From contig KE560823.1 in NCBI GenBank assembly GCA_000442015.1, positions 1-38,509 on the forward strand: DNA of 38,509 nt, read 5' to 3'. Within the stretch, counting starts at the first letter, position 1, and every line of letters starts with the position of its first letter. The notes beneath the pieces are model-generated. The model was not told the origin of the DNA, did not search any database, and saw only the letters and a list, made by a program, of their open reading frames with translations. This DNA comes from Rozella allomycis CSF55 (Eukaryota). Of the stretch, positions 1-10,988 are shown piece by piece. The position numbers and the translations under genes are program-made.

Positions 1-2
1 CG

Positions 3-320
3 AATAACAATTATGCTATTCAGAACGCTGCCCGGCGCGGACATGTGGATGTTGTTAGACTTTTGCTAGCGGATTCCAGAGTAGATCCAAGTGCTAATGG
101 CAATTATGCTATTCAGAAGGCTGCTGAGAACGGACACGCGGATGTTGTTAAACTTTTTTTACTAGATTCGAGAGTGCCAAATTACAATTATGCTATTCAG
201 AGCGCTGCCTGTACTGGTCATGTTGATGTCGTTAAAGTTCAACTAGCGGATTCTAGAGTGAATCCAGATGCCAATCACAATACCGCTATTCGAAAAGCTG
301 TCGAGAACGTACAAGAATAA
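3..320 (+). CDS. Ankyrin-repeat protein, 5'-truncated by the window edge
   Basis: Frame is open from base 3: NNNYAIQNAARRGHVDVVRLLLADSRVDPSANGNYAIQKAAENGHADVVKL..., giving about 3 ankyrin repeats. Ends at TAA 318-320. Confidence 0.85.
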   Translation, partial: NNNYAIQNAARRGHVDVVRLLLADSRVDPSANGNYAIQKAAENGHADVVKLFLLDSRVPNYNYAIQSAACTGHVDVVKVQLADSRVNPDANHNTAIRKAVENVQE

Positions 321-399
321 GTTTTAAAAGTATTCGTAGATCCAAGTGTTTTATTAAGGAATATAATTTATTAAATTTCATCTCTTTTTAANTAATTTA

Positions 400-2702
400 T
401 TAAATTTCATCTCTTTTTAAATTACCCTCTTGATTTTCACAGTTTCTATTCCCCTGTTCAACAATAACGTTTAGTAAAGAGTTTAATCTGTTAACCATCC
501 TCCTTGGATTAGTCAACACCCCAGCAGCTAGCAAAGCATTATCAAATACTTGACATAGTACTAAATCTGCGAGTTCTTTATTGCTGCATTTCAAATTAAT
601 TAATTGTTTCATCATTTTATGTTTTGGATTAATTTCAACATTGAATGGAATCGATTCAATGTCCATCCCCAGTTGCTTCATCATCATTTTATTCTTGAGA
701 ATCTCACCGTGATTCACTACGATCGCTGGATGCGTTGTATATCTCTTTGTCTCTTTAACGCTCGCCACTTTATCAGCTTTAAAATGAAATAATTTATTTA
801 CCTTTTTAACGTAGAATGATTATGAGTTACCTTTTCAACGTAGAATGATTATTGTTACCTTTTCAATTACTTTGACACATACTTACCTTTGAATGTTTCT
901 TTAAACCATTCACACATAATCTCTACTTCTTCTCTACTCAAACTATTCTCACATTCTTCTTCAACTGGAACATCAATTTTAGCTTCTTCTACATCTTCAA
1001 TGGGCAACCCCTTGTACGACTGCAACGATGAAACCATAATCTTATCAATATTCTCATCATGCATCAATAAAACCTAATAAACAAACTTAACTCATTCTAC
1101 TTCATATCCCAACTTATTAAATGGCTCCATATACGGCGACTCAAGCGCAACTGTCTTGTCAGGCACAACCATAAAATAGATCGCCTTTTGCTCTGCAGAC
1201 ATTCTAGATTTATACTCTTCCAGCGTTGTATAACTCTCACTCTTTGTTGATTTAAACAATAAAATTTCTTTAATCTTTTCTCTGTTCACTTCATCAGTGC
1301 AAATCCCCTCTTTGAAATAATGATTAAATGATTCAAATATCCCCTCATATTTCACCCTCTCACTACTCGCTAAATCACTAAACCATTTCAATATTCTTCG
1401 CGTCAAGATTTCCTTTATTCTCAACATCACTCCATTGTTCTGCAACAATTCTCTACTTATATTCAACTGCACATCTTCACAATCCACAACCCCCCTCACA
1501 AATCTCATCCACGCAGGCAGCAACCCATCACACTTGGATTTAATCAACACTCTCCTAGAATACAATTCAATCTCTCCCTCCTTTGAATACAACTGCTCAA
1601 ACGGACTCGAATTCGGCACATACAAGATTGATCTCACATTCAACGGACTATCAATCTTATACACAAGCTCAGCTAATGGATCCTTATAATCTCCACTCAG
1701 CTTTCTATAAAACTCTCTCAACTCATCCCCTGTAATCTCACTCTTCTCCTTTATCCACAACGGCTCAACTTGGTTCACCCGCTCCCCATTCAAATAGATC
1801 GGGAAACTCACAAAGTTGCTATACTTTTGAATTATCGCTACCATCACACAAGCAATTCATCCTTACACTTCACCAACGCCTTTTCTGTAAACTGCATCGC
1901 ATCCTCCCTCAACTGGATCACAATCTTCGTTCCAGCATTACTCACATCAGCCTCCGCAATCTCATATCCACCTTGCCTACTCACCCACCAATCACTCTCT
2001 TACCCACTCGTCTTCCACATATATCCCTTGCCATCCTTCCGGCTCTTTGTATACACCCTAATCTCCTCGCCAACCATCAACGCACTATAAAATCCAATTC
2101 CAAACGATCCAATCAAATTGCTCTTCGCTGATCCTTCCTTGGCATCCTGTATATACTTCAACGTCCCTGTCACACCAAACTTCACCGCATACCTGATTTC
2201 GCTATAGTCCCCAAATGATCATTCAGCTCTTCATACGTCATCCCAATCCCACTGTCCTCAACAACCAACTGCCGCTTCCCAGCATCACACCACACCCGGA
2301 TCGCCAACTCACCCCCCTCTCCATTGCCCAAACCATCACTACTCGCACAACCACTCAGCTCAAACTGCCGCTGCTTCTCCAACGCATCAGACGCATTCGC
2401 TACCAACTCGCGAATAAACACCTGCAAGCTTCACAAAACTCACTTACCTGGCGGTCGGAATACAGCGATTTTGCGACGATTTCTAATTAGCGCTGCGTCT
2501 CAGTCTTGAATTCGTGGCGGACAGGCTTGCTTGTTGGAATTTCTTCAGATGGAATTGCACTATATGCTGTTGAGTATGGGCGGTTATGATGAAGTAGTGT
2601 ACTTGGAACACCATTAAATGGAAAATTATTTGGTCTAAATATATTGCAGATTCTAGGAATGCTTAATGCTCGGCGTGAAAGTATTGAATTCAATATTGAC
2701 AT
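400..2702 (-). CDS. TRAP1: Mitochondrial Hsp90 (TRAP1/Hsp75), 7 exons, with one in-frame TAA at 2487-2489
   Basis: Basic/hydroxylated N-terminal presequence. Motifs HEFKTET, SLYSD, VFIRELVANASDALEK, DSGIGM, LGTIAKSG, IGSFGIGFYS, VRGVVDCED, EINPKH; no C-terminal MEEVD or KDEL. GT-AG introns at 2422-2447, 2167-2192, 1977-2003, 1838-1866, 1074-1100 and 777-886 restore the frame. Confidence 0.9.
799..870. repeat. About 2.5 tandem copies of a 28-29 nt unit inside the last TRAP1 intron
   Basis: tacctttttaacgtagaatgattatgagt / taccttttcaacgtagaatgattattgt / taccttttcaattac. Confidence 0.85.
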
Positions 2703-2857
2703 TTTGATCAGGTGGCTTGAAGTGTGATTTTCCTTTAAGGGAAATGCAGTTTTAAAAACAGTGAAAGTCGTAATATAAATTGAAGGAAAATGGAAAACTA
2801 ATAACTATCAAAAATGTATTATAAAAGTATAAAGTAACTCTTGACGGAAACAAAAAA

Positions 2858-2939
2858 TGATTGGGAAGGGATTCGAACCCTTGCCTCCGAAGAGATGAGT
2901 GCCTTAAACTCACGCCTTAGACCGCTCGGCCACCCAACC
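2858..2939 (-). tRNA. tRNA-Leu(AAG)
   Basis: 82-nt cloverleaf GGTTGGG...CCCAATCA. Anticodon arm TGAGT-TTAAGGC-ACTCA, long variable arm, GGTTCGAATCC T-arm, followed by a T6 Pol III terminator. Confidence 0.95.
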
Positions 2940-3109
2940 TGTTGTCCAATCATTTGTTTAACTATCCTGTATATACAAGCGCCTTCGCATAACTATTTGA
3001 GTATGGTGGACACCATACATTATACATTCACTCAAAATTATGATTTTATAGCTTATAGCGCTTTTTTAGAACATAACATTCTGTCAATATACCCGATTGC
3101 AGGGGTCCA

Positions 3110-4150
3110 ATGATTGGCAAATTTAATCGAAGCAGACGAGCTCTAACGATCCTTATTACCTCAATTGCAGCAATTATATTCCTCATAGCTTTCAACAGGA
3201 GCGCTAATTTAGCGAAACAGCACCAAGACAAGTTGCTGGAATTCGAAAAGACAACCGACGCTATATTCAACGATGACAATGATAGGACAATGCAGTGGCA
3301 GTTCCATAATCAAACCCTTACGCACGTAGTTTTGAAATTTTATCCAGGCCAAAAGGACATGGTAAAGAACAATTTGCTCAGATGGAATACATATTATCCG
3401 TGTTTGAAAGGGGAAATACATCCATTCTTAAAATTTGATAAACCGAGTGTCGTGTTTTATGCAAGCTTCAAATCTACTATCCCTGAAAAAGAACGAGACG
3501 AGTTGGAAAACGAAATGCTTGAATTCTATGATACCTTGTCGGAAAACGTCAAACAATGCTTTGGAGATCCTCTTTTTAAGAGTATTGAGATTAAACCCCA
3601 GGACGACACTCATGTCACCGGCGCCAGACTTTTAGTTGAGGCTCTTTTCGATGTCGAAAAACCATTGTTACCCGATGCACAGTATATTTTGATTATGGAG
3701 CATGATTTACGTGCAATTAGAAAAAATTGGCTCGGAAAGTTGATATTGGAAACAGCGTGGCCGCAATTAATGTTCTGGATTAAGGGGTCAATCTACAGAG
3801 GAAAACTTTCGCTTGTGGAAGGAACAACGTATATTCCAAACTTGTATCATATTAACGGAGGCTGCATTTATAATGTTGGGGATGTCGAGTTTAGAGAATT
3901 TTATCGTTCGGTCCGATCGTACATTGTTAAAAAGCATGGTGATTCTCCAAACGCTTATGACACTGATTTTTTTGAATGGTCAATCGATGTAGCCAATTAT
4001 GACAAGTTTAGGCACGTTGCTCATATGTTTCGTTACACTGATGTTATCCAGAATCAATGGATATCGCCATACTATATCCCTGATATTAATAGAAAGAGTC
4101 CTAACACACATCTTATCCATGGCGGAAATATTCAATCCAATCCATTGTAA
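3110..4150 (+). CDS. Intronless type II membrane protein, putative glycosyltransferase-like
   Basis: 346-aa ORF with a short basic N-tail, one TM helix (ALTILITSIAAIIFLIAF), a stem and a globular domain. It carries hhhhEHD (DxD-like), WIKGSIYRG, HINGGCIY and a C-terminal LIHGG. Function is inferred from topology only. Confidence 0.7.
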   Translation: MIGKFNRSRRALTILITSIAAIIFLIAFNRSANLAKQHQDKLLEFEKTTDAIFNDDNDRTMQWQFHNQTLTHVVLKFYPGQKDMVKNNLLRWNTYYPCLKGEIHPFLKFDKPSVVFYASFKSTIPEKERDELENEMLEFYDTLSENVKQCFGDPLFKSIEIKPQDDTHVTGARLLVEALFDVEKPLLPDAQYILIMEHDLRAIRKNWLGKLILETAWPQLMFWIKGSIYRGKLSLVEGTTYIPNLYHINGGCIYNVGDVEFREFYRSVRSYIVKKHGDSPNAYDTDFFEWSIDVANYDKFRHVAHMFRYTDVIQNQWISPYYIPDINRKSPNTHLIHGGNIQSNPL

Positions 4151-4221
4151 TGAAATAAATTATATTTTCTCTTCACATCAATCAATCTCCTTTCGAAATT
4201 TCTGGTTGTCAACTTACCTAG

Positions 4222-5002
4222 ATGACGACAGCTTCTGGATGTTCCTTGACCGACAATTTTGCCATCGCCATTCAAATTTTACTTGCTTTTATTGCTCTTT
4301 CAAGTCTTCTTAGTATGATATATGTACATCTGTAAAAGTGAAAAGATCGAAAGAAAACCCTAAACGCGCACTTGTTGTTTGGTTTTTTGATGTATCAAAG
4401 CAGGCGACTGGAGCTTTTTTGGTTCATATTTCAAATGTGATGTTTTCTTTTTTCAACCGCGAGAATGGAAAACGAGATCCATGCACATGGTAGTCAAATT
4501 TGAACTACATTACGCTAGGTATTTTCTGAACATAATGATCGATACTACCCTTGGGGTGCTTACGTTGTATTTAATTTTCACCTTGATATCAAAACTCACT
4601 TATTATTTAAAAATAGAAATGCTACAGTCTGGGTTTTATGGTCAACCTGTGAAGATACGATATTGGTTAGCACAAACAATTTTATTTGTTGTGGCGTTAT
4701 TGATTAACAAATCGTTGCTATTCCCAATAATAGGTTTGGATGTTGTCTACATCGCAGGGGCATTAATTCTAAGTCCGATTCAGGCATATCCTAAGTGGGA
4801 ACTTTTGATCGTGATGCTTATTGTTCCTTTTATCATGAATGTTTTCCAATTCTGGGTTATTGACCAGTTCATTAAAGATCCAATGCATTCCTTGCAGGTT
4901 CAAGGATATAAGGCTATGGGTGATAGCGCAGAGGAAAACTATATTTATTCACATTCCTCTACATTTTCATCTGCAGAATCGAATGATCAAGAACGTACCT
5001 AG
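4222..5002 (+). CDS. STIMATE/TMEM110 family membrane protein
   Basis: Spliced product (introns 4313-4338, 4490-4518) reads CSLTDNFAIAIQ..., KRSKENPKRALVVWFFDVSKQ, DPCTWYFLNIMIDTTLG, SGFYGQP, VMLIVPFIMNVFQFWVIDQFIK. Confidence 0.9.
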
Positions 5003-5061
5003 ATTGTCGCACCTGCACTCAAAAACTCGTATTGCTCAGCAACCGGTTATAAACAAAATAA

Positions 5062-6747
5062 ATGCCTCTTTTTCATCCATCTTTTCCTGCTAAAGAAACC
5101 TCTCATCCACTCCTATCTAAAAGGCTAGCCAAAGCTTCAGGTACCCTTAATTCAATCTTGTAATCACCAGAGTCGATGAAAAAGAATGAACAAATTAGTA
5201 AAAGTGCGTCATCCATAAGAAACACGTAATCTATACTCCATTTATTTATAGAATGCAACATTCTAAAGCTATAAAATCGTCTCAACAGTCATTAATGGAC
5301 AAGGCGAAAAAAGATTATATGCGTGATATGCAGCAGCAAATTCAGTTATTAGAGCTCGAAGCTGAGTACATGTAACGTATATTCCTATATTAATCCAGGA
5401 AAAATAGGGAAAGAAAGGAAGACAATAAAAGCGGCAAAACTGGTACTGAAATGAAAATACTAATGGAGAACAGTGCCGTTATTGCTGTAATTTAATAAGA
5501 TATATATTTCATCAGGAATTGAAAGAGAAAGTCGTTGATCTTGAAGAAAATTTGGAGGCCAAAGTCGTAGAGTTAAATGATCTGAGGAGGCAACATTCAG
5601 ATTTGCAGAAACTAAATCAGAAGACAATTGGTACCCTAGTTTAATTTACCTAGTCAGAACAATATTCCCAGGAAAGACAGAACACGTCTACAAAAATAGC
5701 AGAATTAGAACAAACTTTAAATCAAATTGAAACGGAAGGACAGAAGGTCTTAATATCATATAAGAGGGTGGCAGGAGAGAAAGAGAACTTACATAAAGAA
5801 CTTTTAAACTTGAATAGCATCAATAATCAGCTGGATGAAAAATACCGATTGTTATTTCAACAACAAGAAAGATTAAAAGAGCAGCTTACCCAGGAACAAG
5901 ATATTAGAAGTGACATGGCGTCAAAAATAAACGATTTGGAGAATTTAATTGAAAAGAACGATATATTAAACTTAAAGGAGAGACTAGCTAACCAAGAAGA
6001 AGAAATTAAGAGATTGACTTCGAAACTAAAAATTTGTGAAATGGCTAAAGAACAAGAGGCTGGCGCTAGAAAAGCTTTAAACGAAGAATATAATCTATGT
6101 GTAGAGAGAAATACAACTTTATCTATTGAGCTTGAAGAATTAAGGGACAAATTCAGGAAAGTAATTTGTACGATGTCCCAAAACTAGGAAATAATTGTCC
6201 AGACAGAAAGAAATAAGGCCAAAGTGGACCAATTGAAGGAAATAGAAAACTTGAAGCATCAATGCAGAGAACTCCATGATAGCCTTGGTGACAAGGAATT
6301 TACTTTAAAAGAAAGGACAACGAGAGTCGAAGAACTTACTCGGCAAGTATTTCTCTTTTCAATATTATATAGATCGAAGAAAAGGAACGATTAGTGGTGC
6401 TGGCAGAAGAAAGAAACAAAGTGTTAAATGAAAGTGTTGACTTTGCCTCGAACCAGGTAAAGTCTATGGAGAGTGAAATATTTCAATTAAAAATGGATAA
6501 ATCGTTACTTTTCGATAAAATTAGCGCTTTAGACAATCAAATTTCAGTTCTAAATGATAAGATTGGGCATTTGAATCGTGAAAATCGCGATTTGATAAGT
6601 GCTATAGAAAAATATAAACGTCAGATAAACGTGCAAAATCATATAAGAAACCTAAAATCTCAAGATTTTGAGAAGCTAATGTCAACGAACCTTAAAGTTG
6701 CTGAAACAGTGAAAAACCTTCTGCAAGAGCTTGATAATAATGAGTAA
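5062..6747 (+). CDS. Long coiled-coil protein of unknown function (about 8 exons)
   Basis: Seven 26-30 nt GT-AG introns join a continuous frame from MPLFHPSFP... through MQQQIQLLELEAEY to ...LQELDNNE*. The product is E/K/L/Q-rich with heptad periodicity. Confidence 0.8.
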
Positions 6748-7091
6748 AACTGATGGAAATAAAAATAAAAAACGATTGAACATTATTGAAGCTAAATATA
6801 TACATTCCGGTATTCATGGTGAATATGACTTTTGAGGATCGGGTTAGATTATTCCGTAAACTAAGTAGTAACATATGCAATTGGCCAATCGTTAGCCAAA
6901 AACTATTATCCAATCTTGGAGTAATTCCTAATATTCGCATGAATCGAGTGCGAACTCAAACTGATTATGGACTCTGATCAGCGTTTTCACCTTCACCTCT
7001 TATTCCTAAATTAAGAGTACTGATGGAAGCTAGTATCAGAAAGAAACCCACCGTTTGTTTACTTATCATTTTTTCGGAAATTTATTTTGTC

Positions 7092-9585
7092 ATGATGGAA
7101 CCACCTATACTCTCACTTCCGTCATTTCAAGGATCAATATATGGTATTTTTCTGGAAAAAATAGTGGCAAAATATATGGGAGTGATTCCTAACGATTTGA
7201 TTGTAAACTGTCTAAGTGTCGCCAAGAAATACCAGTCTTTAGGCTTTGACACCAATGAAAATATACAAATTAGAAAAGAGTAAATATTCAACTAACAACT
7301 TATATAGAATTGGTGCTCTTTTTACCGATTTGGCCCTTGAACTGAACGCTTATCTTGCTCGTTTTAGTGTAATCCTAGATGATTCACAAAACTTTAAGCT
7401 GGCATTGCATTGTGCTACATATAATAATTTTACTTTTTTACCAAATAATATTCAAAAATACTTGAACAATAAATTCGATGTGAAAGTGGAACAATCACGT
7501 GAAAGCGAGGAATCGTTGTGTAGAGAATTTTTGCGTGAAGATCTGTCCCTCACGTGTTTTTTGAACATTTTTCAGTATTTTAATGGGAGAATCAAGGCAG
7601 CAAAAGCATTCCGGGATAATAACCTTGGAATGAACGATGTAGTTAATGACATTCATATTTATGGTGAGTGGATGAGAATAAATATTTTACCATTTTTACG
7701 CAGAGCAGAATGGATGGCAAACCTGGGAATCATACATCACTATATATTTCGAGATTTGCTTATTTTCCCGGCATCGAGTTTTAAAGGCCATGCAGACTAT
7801 CCTGATTTGTTCGGAGATTATGAATTTAATAAAATAGATTTGCAGAATGGATTAAATATAAATCCTTTACCCGAGTATTCGTCCAGCATATTACAAAGTA
7901 GCATTAGAGTTGATTCGGGAGCTGAAATGCCTGTTTTCACTCAATGCGTTCAAATTTGTCTTGAATATAAATTCAACTCGCAATGTAATCCTGAGGAACA
8001 AGTACGAGAAAAATTTTGGTGGAAGCTCTTAGATGTTTTGTTTCCCAAAACCCAAGGATTTGACTTTGATGGATTAGAGTTGAAAACACTTACTATTCAA
8101 GGTTATCCATACCAGCAATATCTTGACAATATGGGGGCTGCATACATTAAATTTGACACTCAAGTTATCAAAATGTGTTTGTTAGCAGTAGAAGCAAGCG
8201 GTTTCCGGCGCCCAAGAATATCAGTGGACCCTTTTATCGTACACTATGACCATAAAGATTTTAGAAAGATGGTAAACATTTTAAGATATAATTTGCTGGA
8301 GCTTGTTTCGAAGATCGAGAAACCGGTTATGGCTGACGTACTAAAACTTGAGTCATGGGGCCTCCTTTTGTCTGCAACACAGGCACAATTCTGCTGCATG
8401 AAATTTGCTGTAGTTCATAAACGAATATTTTTCGATTTTTTTATATGTGAAGATTGGCTAGTGGATTTTTGGGAGGATCATTTGAGTGTGGAATCAATTT
8501 TGGAAAGCTTGGCAAAATTAGATGTGGCAGATGCAATAGATGATGACGATGAAGAAGGAAGTTCGGATTCTGAGGGTATAACTTTTGATGAGTTTTGCAA
8601 GCGTGAAGCAATTTTAAAAAGAGAAATTGTGGACCAGAATGTCAAATACCTTTATGATGTCCAGGGGTTGAAAATTGAGAAAATTAAGAGCCCTCTTTCA
8701 AAACTTATAGCTGGATGCGAACGGATTAAAGAGGTTAGAGAAGTGTACAATTCAATACTCAAAAAATCTGGCTATAATCCAAATGGAAAAGTAACCATCC
8801 CTTCCACGTTTAATCAAACCAAGCAAAGTAATGTTTCAAGTCGAAAGTCTGCCATTGCAGAAACACCAGAGAAGAATAGAATTGGTGGTGGAGAATATAA
8901 TGGGTTCGACTCTAGGTTTATTTTTCATCATTCTTTGCTCTTCAAAGTTATTGATTCATTAGGGCTCAAGAATCTAGTTGTTACCTTCTCCTCTGCCAAA
9001 ACCCTGGTAATTAAAGCTGATGCGGCAGAGCAAAATAAAGTGGCTATAATAATAAAAGAATTATTGACCTCAGATGAAGAGAAATTCTTATCTTTGCGAA
9101 ATCAGTATATTCCAGAGCTACTTTTTTATGAACGCATTTCCAAATCAGAGTGTATTTTCGTTCTGCCGTGGCTTAATCAAATCTCCGAATTTAAAAATGA
9201 ACGTGATTTAGTTCATGATTCTTTAGCCATTTTAAAAATGTTAGAGGATAATAAAGTTATTCATAGAGATATTCGACCCGCCAATTTAGGAATCAGCGAT
9301 GAAGGGAAAATATACTTAATTGACTATGACTTGGCCATCTCAAATGAAAATGAAGTCATTGGTTCAGCCGGTGTTGCTGCATATCATCCTCCCGAAACTA
9401 TACAGTATCAAAAACAATGCCATAAAAGCGATGTTTATTCAATGGGTTTGACCATAAAACAGATTGCTGGTCGTCTTTCTGATCATAGACTTGAAACTAT
9501 TGTTGAGTCTATGCTTGAAAATGATTATGACAAAAGACCTACTGGAAATGCTTTGTACCAAGCATTATGTGGAAAAGTACAATAA
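7092..9585 (+). CDS. Large protein with a C-terminal atypical protein kinase domain
   Basis: A 28-nt intron at 7280-7307 joins ORF 7023-7283 to ORF 7246-9585. Kinase motifs: LVIK, HRDIRPAN, LIDYDLA (in place of DFG), YHPPE, SDVYSMG, YDKRPT. An alternative in-frame ATG lies at 7023. Confidence 0.8.
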
Positions 9586-9721
9586 TTATTCTTCTTAATA
9601 AATTCTGATTAAATATCTATTCATTTCAACATATTCGTTATAATTGTAACGAAATTAATCTCTCATTGGGCGTGTCACTACGTTGAATTTGACCCTTGTT
9701 ACTTTTGTTTACTTCACTTAA

Positions 9722-10772
9722 ATGCCAGGAAGCCTATCTCCAACAATCTTCCTAATTGGCGAGAAAATAAAATCTGCCAGTTGCCCCGTACCTTTAAAGA
9801 TTGTGACTACAAAAATTAATGACAATGCAAAAGATGCATTAAATGTATAAGCTTTATGGGGTTGACATAGAAATTAATTGATCAAGGGATACACTCTATG
9901 CCGGTTACAGATTTGCAAGATAAATTTCTTGGTATTGTTTCAATGACCGACTTTGTGCAATTTGTAAACGATGTTACTTTATGGTAGCTTAAGATGGTGG
10001 AGGTACATGATGCGACCATGGGCACCCCGAATGTTTATAGATTTGCAAAGGAATGGGTCGAACTAAATGATGCGTCTGTTGAATCTGTAATGAAAAAGTC
10101 TAAAAGGAAGCCCGAAATATTGGAAGATACTAAAAATTTAAGAGATGCAGCTGAAAAATTAGTAATTAATTACATTTAAAAGGGTTAGAGTAATCCAGGG
10201 ATTTATAGAGTTGTTGTTTTAACTCAAGATCACAAGGTTTCTAAACTGATCACGCAGTCTCAAATTATTGAACTTGTTTTTAAACGATTAAATGAATTAC
10301 AAGAAGATTTTCTCAATAAAAAGGTCAAGACGATCACAAACTATGAAAACAAAGAGATGTACAAAGTAAAATTTCGATTTTTGCTATTTGGGTTCATGCG
10401 GTAGCAAAACCGATCGAAGCATTTCGTTTTATGTTTTATCAGCAAGTATCAGCCGTGCCTATTGTGGATGACAATAATAACCTCGTTGGAACTATTTCTG
10501 AAAGAGATATTCGCGTCTTGGCATCTGACAAGGACTTTCCCGCGTGCCTCTATAACAATTCATCATTGGAGTTTGCCAAGAAGATCAAGTCTCAAAGGTC
10601 TGATATGAAGAATCAAACAGCAATCACTTGCCGTCCAGATTCGACAATCAGAGAAGTTATTGAATTATTGATTCAATATAAGATCCATCGTGTGTGGGTT
10701 ACAGATTCCAATGGAAAACTTGTTAATGTCGTTTCATTAAAAGATATCATAACTGAAATAGTGGCAATATAA
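9722..10772 (+). CDS. Four-CBS-domain protein (AMPK-gamma/Snf4/Sds23-like)
   Basis: CBS motifs IHSMPV, IYRVVV...LITQSQII, VSAVPIVD...GTISERDI, IHRVWV...VVSLKDII. Three canonical introns, plus one junction (10366-10391) that lacks an AG acceptor. Confidence 0.85.
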
Positions 10773-10840
10773 GCTATATAAACTTTGTTCAATATATTTT
10801 TATCTTTCAGGATAATCACATATCATATTTTCTGGGGTTT

Positions 10841-10870
10841 TCAGGTTGAGGCAAGGTTCGACTCCTTGAT
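10841..10870 (+). other. Orphan tRNA T-arm/B-box element, copy 1
   Basis: tcaggttgagg-CAAGG-TTCGACT-CCTTG: a perfect 5-bp stem and 7-nt T-loop with no D-arm or acceptor partner. Confidence 0.55.
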
Positions 10871-10988
10871 CCCTCATCCTTTATAAATACGATTATTAAA
10901 ATAATTGTAAATTGTATCTATTTAAAATATAAAAAAAACATAATACATGTGGATTTTAAGATAAATGCCACAGCTAGGCAACCATTTA

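Noticed and set aside
2441..2452. ACTTACCTGGC resembling the U1 snRNA 5' end
   Set aside because: It is the reverse complement of a TRAP1 splice donor, and no U1 stem-loops or Sm site follow.
6786..6977. 63-aa ORF sharing GVIPN with the kinase gene's first exon
   Set aside because: The similarity is too short, the start is non-ATG, and nothing else supports coding.
10809..10880. Complete or selenocysteine tRNA around the B-box element
   Set aside because: There is no D-arm, only a 4-bp acceptor pairing, and no valid anticodon loop.
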